From Oopsacas minuta (lineage: Eukaryota > Animalia > Porifera), in the NCBI GenBank assembly GCA_024704765.1, contig JAKMXF010000365.1:248001-312000 (forward strand): a stretch of 64,000 nt of DNA, read 5' to 3'. Below are positions 56,608 to 64,000 of the stretch, one piece after another. Made by a program: the position numbers and the translations under genes. The notes under the pieces are model-generated. The model saw only the letters and a list, made by a program, of their open reading frames with translations. It did not search any database and was not told where the DNA came from. Numbering within the stretch: position 1 is the stretch's first letter; each line of letters begins with the position of its first letter.

Positions 56608-57630
56608 ATGAGTGGATCAAATGGACCTGGAAGCTCTGGGGGTCGTCCCAATCTCCCCAAACTGAAGTTCAAAAAGCAAGAAGGGAAAGGAATCAAAGCA
56701 GATAGTTCTATCAGCCTTCCCTCCCCTATAGTCACGTGTCTCCTTAACATAGGTGACAACCAATACCCATTTGATATGGATGACCTAGAAGAGAAACAGC
56801 TGTTGGGAGCAGGAGCTTATGGAAAGGTTATTCAATACAAACATAAGCCATCTAATAGTATGGTAGCAGTGAAGCGAGTACGGATTAACATGGACAATTT
56901 GTTGATTGGAGAACTAGCAGTGCTCGAGGAAGCTATGAAGAGAGGGAAGTGTGAGTTCATAGTGTGTTTCTATGGTAGTCTTAAATGTGAAGGGGAAGTA
57001 CTCATATGTATGGAGCTAATGAAGTACTCTATGGATAAGATTACAGAGAACGTATATGCTATTCCTAGCAGAATCCCTGAGAAACAGCTTATGCACATTT
57101 CCTATTCTATCGTGCAAGGTCTGCATTATGTTAAGACAGTACTTAACGTTATACACAGAGATGTTAAGCCTTCTAACATGCTGATAGGATTACATGGAGA
57201 GGTTAAGATATGTGATTTCGGTATTTCAGGTAAACTAATTGATTCAATCGCAAAGACTCATGACGTAGGCTGCCGACCTTATATGGCCCCTGAGAGACTC
57301 CAGCCTGATGAAGATTCCTCCGGATACGGAATCCTCTCGGATGTGTGGAGCTTCGGTATCTCGCTGTACGAGATGTCTACCGGTACTTTCCCTTACGGAC
57401 ACTTCAAAAATGCTTTTGAGCAGGTTACACGAGTAGTAGAGGGGGATGCACCCAAACTTCCTGAGGACTTCCCTTACTCAGACTGCTGTAAGGACATCGT
57501 CCACTCCTGTCTCCGTAAGAACCAGTACGAACGTCCGAATTATGTACAGCTCCTAAAGGATAAGTTTCTCAAAGACTACAAACTAGCAAACGATGATATG
57601 GCCGCCTGGATTAAGACTCTTACTCTTTGA
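56608..57630 (+). CDS. MAP2K4: MAP kinase kinase, MKK4-like, intronless
   Basis: HRDVKPSN, DFGISGKLIDSIAKT (SIAKT activation loop), GCRPYMAPER, N-terminal basic-hydrophobic docking motif RPNLPKLKF. Confidence 0.85.
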   Translation: MSGSNGPGSSGGRPNLPKLKFKKQEGKGIKADSSISLPSPIVTCLLNIGDNQYPFDMDDLEEKQLLGAGAYGKVIQYKHKPSNSMVAVKRVRINMDNLLIGELAVLEEAMKRGKCEFIVCFYGSLKCEGEVLICMELMKYSMDKITENVYAIPSRIPEKQLMHISYSIVQGLHYVKTVLNVIHRDVKPSNMLIGLHGEVKICDFGISGKLIDSIAKTHDVGCRPYMAPERLQPDEDSSGYGILSDVWSFGISLYEMSTGTFPYGHFKNAFEQVTRVVEGDAPKLPEDFPYSDCCKDIVHSCLRKNQYERPNYVQLLKDKFLKDYKLANDDMAAWIKTLTL

Positions 57631-57920
57631 GCTGAGTAGAGACGAGTTACATCATTCATTTTACTATTACTAGTCAGAAGCTAGCTGCAGTCCTGCGTGT
57701 ATATGCTTAACATTAGTCACCTGCCCATGACATGTTACGAGTTATTCTAGTGGTTAGCAATGTGTGTAATAGTAATGTATCTTATTTTAATGTTAAAATA
57801 TTATAATATAAACTATTCTTCTTTGTCAGTTTCCAGGAGTTGGAGCTGTATTTAGCTATTTATGGTTGACATATAAATATTTGTAATAATCAATGTAGTT
57901 ATTGTTAGATCTTAGATATA

Positions 57921-59726
57921 ATGACGTTATCAAGCCCATTAGTAGCTGGAGTACTTACAGTCAGTGATAGCTGTTTTGCTGGAAATAAATCAGATAAAAG
58001 TGGAGATATTTTAGAAGATTTGATACGATCATCATTACCACAATTTGGTGTAGTGATACGTGTTCTTGTTCCTGATGAACAGAACCTTATTTCTTCTCAG
58101 CTCAAGAATTGGTGTGATAAAGATAAACTAGACTTAGTCATCACGACAGGAGGGACCGGACTAACTTCCCGAGATGTTACACCAGACGCAACTAGGTCAG
58201 TACTACATAGAGAACTTCCTCATCTCTCTACAGTAATGCTTATAGAGGGACTTAAGCATACTCCATATGCTGCATTGTCTAGACAGATATGTGGGAACAG
58301 GGGTAAAACATTAGTACTGAATTTCCCTGGTAGCAGCTCTGCCGTTAAGGAATGTTTCTCAGCTGTTTTACCAATAATAGGACACTCAATTAATCTGCTA
58401 AATGATGAACATCAAGAGATCAATAAATTACATGAACCAGTTATAGAGGATAAACTTAAAATTACAGAGCTCAAACAATATCCAATGGTTTCAGTTGGGG
58501 AAGCTCTACATCATATAACAGATCAATCTGCTCCTCTTAGTAACCAAACAGTCTCATTGGAATCTACACTGAATAGAACACTGGGTAGTGACATACATGC
58601 ACTTTCTAATATCCCTCCATTCCCAGCTTCTGTTAAGGATGGCTATGCTATAAGGTCGTGTGATAAAGCAGTAACCCGTGAAGTAATCGGTGATTGCATA
58701 GCTGGATGTAAACCTGAAATAGAGCTGTGTAGAGATACAGTTGCTTATATAACCACTGGAGCTTATCTACCTAAAGGAGCTGATTCTGTTGTTATGATAG
58801 AGTATACGAAACTAATTGAGAAAGATGGAAAGAGATTTATAACTCTACTCTCTATTCCAGAGAAAGGTCAAGACGTACGCGAACCAGGTACAGACATGAG
58901 AAAGGGGGAACTAGTATTAGAGAGAGGTTGTTTAATCGGTCCGATGGAGATAGGAATTCTAGCTGCAGCCGGAGCGAGAGAAGTCTCAATATTCTCCCTA
59001 CCCTGTGTAGGTGTATTCTCTACGGGAGATGAGATACAAGATATATCACAAGTAGACGCTAGATCTCCCTATGGAGTTATTGATACCAATCGTGTAACAC
59101 TAATCGCAATGTTACGTAACGATGGTTACGATGTACGAGATATGGGTATCGTAAAAGATGATCCAAATGAACTACGTAGCGTAATGCTAAGGGCCCTTGC
59201 ATGCTGTGACGTCATAATATCATCCGGTGGTATGTCAATGGGTAATAGAGATTATGTTAAGCCGTGTCTAGAAGCGATTGGTTGCAAAATATGGTTTGGG
59301 AAAGTTAAGGTAAAACCTGGGAAGCCGACCTGCTTTGCTACGCTTAGAGAGGGTGAGAATAGGAAGTATATATTCGGACTCCCAGGTAACCCAGCATCTG
59401 CTATAGTGACCTATATGTTATTTGTTTGTAGATGTCTTAGTGTACTTAGTGGTAAGAAGGGAAAATGTAATCCCGAAATACCAGTCATAATAAGTAACAA
59501 TAAAGAGCTAGGAGATCGTACCGAGTACAGACGGGTTTTCCTGACCTGGGAAGATGGTAAACTAATAGCTAGCAGTACGGGGGGACAACAGAGCAGTCGT
59601 ATACTCAGCATGAGGAATGCACAAGCTCTGCTACGTATACCTGCTATAGATGAGTATTCCGGTAGTAGGATAGATAAAGGTACTGTATTAAAAGCTATCT
59701 TGATTACGAGATGGATTAGTTCATGA
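57921..59726 (+). CDS. GPHN: Gephyrin (MogA-like G domain + MoeA-like E domain), intronless
   Basis: LTVSD, DKSG, TTGGTG..RDVTPDAT, NFPGS (G domain); SVKDGYA, ITTGA, STGDE, SSGGMS, KPGKP, GLPGNP, GGQQSSR (E domain). Confidence 0.93.
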   Translation: MTLSSPLVAGVLTVSDSCFAGNKSDKSGDILEDLIRSSLPQFGVVIRVLVPDEQNLISSQLKNWCDKDKLDLVITTGGTGLTSRDVTPDATRSVLHRELPHLSTVMLIEGLKHTPYAALSRQICGNRGKTLVLNFPGSSSAVKECFSAVLPIIGHSINLLNDEHQEINKLHEPVIEDKLKITELKQYPMVSVGEALHHITDQSAPLSNQTVSLESTLNRTLGSDIHALSNIPPFPASVKDGYAIRSCDKAVTREVIGDCIAGCKPEIELCRDTVAYITTGAYLPKGADSVVMIEYTKLIEKDGKRFITLLSIPEKGQDVREPGTDMRKGELVLERGCLIGPMEIGILAAAGAREVSIFSLPCVGVFSTGDEIQDISQVDARSPYGVIDTNRVTLIAMLRNDGYDVRDMGIVKDDPNELRSVMLRALACCDVIISSGGMSMGNRDYVKPCLEAIGCKIWFGKVKVKPGKPTCFATLREGENRKYIFGLPGNPASAIVTYMLFVCRCLSVLSGKKGKCNPEIPVIISNNKELGDRTEYRRVFLTWEDGKLIASSTGGQQSSRILSMRNAQALLRIPAIDEYSGSRIDKGTVLKAILITRWISS

Positions 59727-59832
59727 TTTTAATGTATTTTCGTTCATCACTTTACCAGAATTTTGTATTAAAATAATTTACACAAAAGTATTACAAATAA
59801 TTTCGAGATTATTTACACATATACAAAGTCAA

Positions 59833-60613
59833 TTACATTAATTTACAAGAAGAAGTTTGGGTAATGTCTTCATTGTTGTTATAATCATCAACAAAAGTTT
59901 CTCGTTTTTTCATCCACTGAATGAAGGATAGGCCTCCTATATAACACTTCATATGGTTCGGGAGAGGTAGTTCATTTAATTTCTCATGGCTATACGGATA
60001 GAGATATAAGTTTATTTTTTCTCTGGCCAGACTTCTGAGAGATCTGTCACATAGATTTTCATGAAGAAGAAGGAACTGTAATACTTCAGGGAGTTGTGAT
60101 ATATAATCACAGTTAGCAGATGGAGGATTCTTTCTATAGCTAAGCGATTTTAGAAGACTAGTGCTCGATTCTTTAGCTACATCAAGTGGAGTTTGTCCGA
60201 ATTTGTTTAAACAAGTCAGTGAAACCATACACTAAATACATGTAATTAAGCGTGAATAATATGTTAGTGAATATAAATACCTCTGTCACGAAATATGCTG
60301 CTATTTCTCTATGTATCCGATGTCTCGCAACACAGTGAAGAGGAGTTTCCCCTAAATCGTCAGTAGCCATAGGATCTGCACCGTTCTTTATCAGTAACTT
60401 CACCAGTTCAAGTACTGTCCCTGATTTAATATAGTTAGAAAAATGTTTTATACAACAAGTTTCATGTAACGGAGTTCTACCATTCCTGTCTCTACAATCA
60501 ATATTTCCTCTAGTAGAAATGTAATCCTTAATAGATATTAGATCACCTGATAGGCAGGCTGCATGTATTGGGAAACTTGGAAGACGTTTCTTTACACTTT
60601 TTCGTGATAGCAT
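59833..60613 (-). CDS. Ankyrin repeat and SOCS box (ASB-like) protein; 2 exons, intron ~60280-60232
   Basis: GRTPLH, GETPLH, GQTPLD ankyrins; SLRSLAREKI...LPLPNHMKCYI SOCS box; junction GAG|gtattt...atttag|TGT. Confidence 0.8.
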
Positions 60614-60647
60614 ACTATCCTATGCTGAAATAATATTCTATTTATAT

Positions 60648-60724
60648 ACATGTCCTCGTAACCGGCATAAATACAGGAAAGTATGAGAACCGTAGGATGG
60701 TGCTTATAACCAGTATCTACTGTA
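60648..60724. mobile_element. MITE family A right-end fragment
   Basis: acatgtcctcgtaaccggcataaatacagg...gagaaccg...CTTATAACCAGTATCTACTGTA, whose end is the inverse of the 14309 left end. Confidence 0.55.
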
Positions 60725-60840
60725 TTTGTAAAAGCTTTAATAATTACATACCCATTGATCCAATAAATAAATACAATCATGAATCAACATAACGTGTATA
60801 TCTAAAAAGAACTCAGCAATAGATCATAGCTTGTGTGTCT

Positions 60841-62385
60841 TCATATGTTCCTGGGTACTACTAAATTAATGACCCCCTGAGTAGCACTGTACCCTCCTAT
60901 GAAGCTTCCAACATACACAACCACACCCCCAAATCCTATATATAGGATCTGCTTCCATAGAGAGCTCCTTGATCGAGCACCAACTGCATAGCTTACTATA
61001 AGAAATCCTGGATATACAATAGAGAACATTGCAGCTACTCCTCCGATGGGAGTTATAACAACCTCAATGCTTGGAAGGAATACACCCAATAATAGACTGA
61101 TTGCGAACCAGCAAAGAGAAATTAGCTGTAATCTGAACAACTGTGTCTTCCCAGTGTCTACAGTTAATATAGTTAGATTACTCCATTTTATGGATAATAA
61201 TCTGATCGTTTGTACTACGAATTCGTCTGTAGGAGAACGTCCGAGAAATGCTAGTAGCGGATATGATGTAATCATAGATACTAAGAGACCTAGAGAGAGA
61301 GAGAGAGAATTTGTATAATTAGATTTTCCCTTAAAAAGTAAATTATTATTGCTATACGGTTACCTATTCTAGCAATAATTACTAATGTATTATGTGCGTC
61401 ATAGCTTTTGATAACGTCTGGATCAACTGTAACTCCAAATGTTAGAAATCCGAATACTCCAGTGAGTGTATAAACCCAGAAACAAATGAGAATAGCTGCT
61501 ATAGCGATGAATACGAATTTCGGGACAGACTTCTTTCTATACGAAAAATATATAAATTCAAGAAATTTACCGATAAATAGAACTCACTTTAACCCAGCGT
61601 ATACAGGTACAGTAGCTAAATGACATTGATAGCCGAAACAGAATATTGGTAGAGCTGAAAAAAATTTAAAAGCACTCCAGGACGGATCATCAGACACATC
61701 AAATTGTGTAGCAGTTCTATTCTGACTATCTCTTATAAAGTACACAGTAAATGTCATAATACTTATATACAGACACGAGCATACACCCGCTAAACTAGGC
61801 CAGTTGAGGAATCGAATATTTCTGAATAAACACAGAGGGAATATGAAGATAATAGCAATAGCAGATGTCCAAATTCTACGATCAAAATACCACTGTAGGT
61901 ATAGTTGGTTAGGAAGTAATTCAAATAATTTCTCAACTTGATCTCCTATTATCACAGTATAAGTAACACATGAGCCAAATGTGTAGAGAATAATACAGAT
62001 CTATGAAATATGATTAAAGATTGGAATCATATCACACATATATTATCATTACCTGGACAATAGTAGCAGCTATAGACCCGAATAATCTCTTTATCATCTG
62101 CTGATAGGAATTAGCTCTAGATAGCTCTGTAGCATAAGCTATTACTACTAGATTAATAGCCATAAGGATAGCTAGACAGACCTCTAGTACAAGACCTCTT
62201 ATTACTCCTCCAGCGAACACGAATGCTTGTGGGAAGCTAAGCAGTCCTGCTCCTAGCGCAGCATTAACTATAATGAATACAGATCCTATAGGAGATGATC
62301 CCTTATCTTGTTTAACAGGTATTACCTTATCTTCTTCATCACTCGTTGAGTAATTAATAGAGCTATTGCTAACCATTACTGTCAT
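60841..62385 (-). CDS. SLC38A7: SLC38A7-like amino acid transporter; 4 exons
   Basis: FIIVNAALGAGLLSFP, YTFGSCVTYTVIIGDQ, PIFCFGYQCH, GFLTFG, TSYPLL; three GT-AG introns join the track fragments. Confidence 0.88.
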
Positions 62386-62402
62386 AATAATCTCAGTAAA
62401 AT

Positions 62403-62475
62403 ACAGTGGAATCTCGAAGATACGAACACCAACAGACGGTCAAAACTTCTTAGCTTTAAACGAGGTTCACTATTC
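62403..62475. mobile_element. Short MITE-like remnant between ARMC8 and SLC38A7
   Basis: TACAGTGGAATCTCG ... CGAGGTTCACTAT imperfect inverted ends of the pogo type. Confidence 0.4.
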
Positions 62476-62547
62476 TCAATAGAAAGTTAATTATTAAATT
62501 TTACACTCAATGACATCCTACAAATTTAAATGTGTCTTTATGTAGAG

Positions 62548-64000
62548 TTATGAGATGTCTATAGTAAATCCTTCAAGAGCTTCCTTAACCAACTCAGATA
62601 GAGGTTTATTATTAGTATATTTCGGATCAGATAGTCTCTGCAGAGCTGTCCTAATACCAGACCCCTCTAGCTGAGCTTGTCTGTCTACAAATCCGTGATG
62701 ATCCTTATCTACCAGATTAGCTATAATAGATATTACTGAGAATTGGAGATCAGCTGGTCCGTCTGTTATAATTTCTTTCAAATAGTCTCGGATTTTATCG
62801 TCCTCACACATCTACAGAAATAAAATTTCATGTTATACGGTGTAGCCTCCATGAACGGGGTATCAGGGACGCCGAATTATGCTACCCCGGTTGTACTAGG
62901 AATTCGCTCTATTTATTTTTCACTCTGTTTCCAGAAGTTCCCCATTTCCACATGCTTATATTATCGCTTATTTGGTATATACCTTTTTCTTCGTGACATT
63001 AGAGCCACTACTGATGTTAGCTAATACACACAGAGCTTGCTCTTTGACCTCATAACTCATATCATTATTCTGAGTAACTGTAAACACTATATCCAATCCG
63101 CTCTCCTCTTCTAGCTGTAAGAACTCTTCAATCTCAGAATCTGTTGACAATATATTCCTGAGTATACCTAGGCTACGTAGAGTGAGTCCATGGGATGTAG
63201 GATTACTGAGATGGGTAAATAGAAATTGTGGATAAGACGGGAGAGACTTAATAGCTGTCCTTACAGTAGCTAGACACATGAATGTACTATTCATTAACCC
63301 CCAATAACAGAGCTCTGTTAATTCATCATTGCTACTAACGATACCTGCATGAAACTTTGTTATGACGTCAGATTTAATTAGGTCCTCTTTAACCGGAGAG
63401 AATTCTAACACGAGATTAACCAGCAGTGCATATGAAGCTATAACTACATCCATACTCTGTGTGGATGAATCAGCTGTTTTCAATACGTGTCTCCACACAG
63501 GGTAGTCTACAAATGAAGTTCTCAGCTGTCTTACAGATCTAGACAGAGACAGGAGACATTTTAGACTGCTCAGCTTAATGGATTGGTTCTCATACACCAG
63601 ACCTCTGACCAGCTGTTCCATCACGTAACCCTTTTTATCGGTTACACATCTTCTGAGGGATTCATCTTCTGAGCAGAAACGGGATAGAATATAGAATATC
63701 GCGGATTTTAACGCTGTCTTCTCTGGAGTTAATTCAGGTGGAGTTTCTACGAACACATCTACATCCATAGCCTCTCCTTCCCTGCTATCAGCTTCTAGCT
63801 CACTAGCAGCCTTCAAATAATCTGTGAGTGTATTCAGGAACTGATCAGTAATCGCTAATACCTGTTGTAACTCTAAATCTCTTCCGATAGCTATTGATAT
63901 GATCTTAACAGCTTCACACTGTATGTTATAAGTACTATCTGATTCAGGTCTAGCTAGAGCTACTAGTCTAGGTAATATTTTGTATTTTAGAATAGAATTG
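62548..64000 (-). CDS. ARMC8: Armadillo repeat-containing 8 (CTLH/GID complex), 5'-partial; intron ~62982-62812
   Basis: CLLSLSRSVRQLRTSF, NLVLEFSPVKE, LGILRNIL, VKEQALCVLANI; the frame stays open to the window edge. Confidence 0.88.

Noticed and set aside
57921-59726. Bacterial MogA-MoeA horizontal transfer or contamination
   Set aside because: The G-then-E fusion order is that of animal gephyrin, and it is embedded among metazoan genes with matching composition; being intronless is common in this window.
61292-61307. (AG)n tract as an independent repeat of interest
   Set aside because: On the minus strand it is simply the (CT)n polypyrimidine tract of the last SLC38A7 intron acceptor.
575-63024. 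Numerous short ORF-track entries overlapping real genes in other frames or antisense (e.g. 575-769, 4861-5190, 7662-7943, 20661-20990, 36446-36802, 40996-41199, 53697-53972, 62830-63024)
   Set aside because: They are shadow ORFs of genuine CDSs or run across introns, with no recognisable motifs.

Overview
Gene-dense, AT-rich eukaryotic DNA from a compact animal genome. It carries STAT, ATF2/7, nischarin, TPD52 and FAM92 genes, introns of mostly ~45-90 bp, and many intronless housekeeping genes. This fits a sponge, most plausibly a glass sponge (Hexactinellida), but the taxon is my inference. I can support 32 protein-coding genes. Several are fragmented or missing in the ORF track and had to be rebuilt by hand from GT-AG junctions and homology: a 3-exon PIGV, a ~28-exon STAT5-like gene, ATF2/7, TBC1D5, SLC38A7, ARMC8 and a 7-exon papain/Josephin-like protease candidate. 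The main structural signal is an unusual gene architecture with four parts. (i) PIGV has a 7.5-kb intron holding three intronless antisense genes. (ii) STAT introns hold four intronless genes, three of them on the same strand as STAT. (iii) About 23 of 29 start codons are preceded within ~15 nt by a YAG 3'-acceptor-like site, and the three same-strand nested genes are among the exceptions. (iv) Co-directional gene runs have spacers of only ~100-300 bp. Together these suggest SL trans-splicing/operon-like processing plus intronless, possibly retro-derived, genes colonising introns of intron-rich hosts. The window also has Tc1/pogo-type MITE remnants, a minisatellite next to an assembly gap, and microsatellites. 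I found no rRNA, tRNA or CRISPR array. Exon coordinates were counted by hand and may be off by a few bases.
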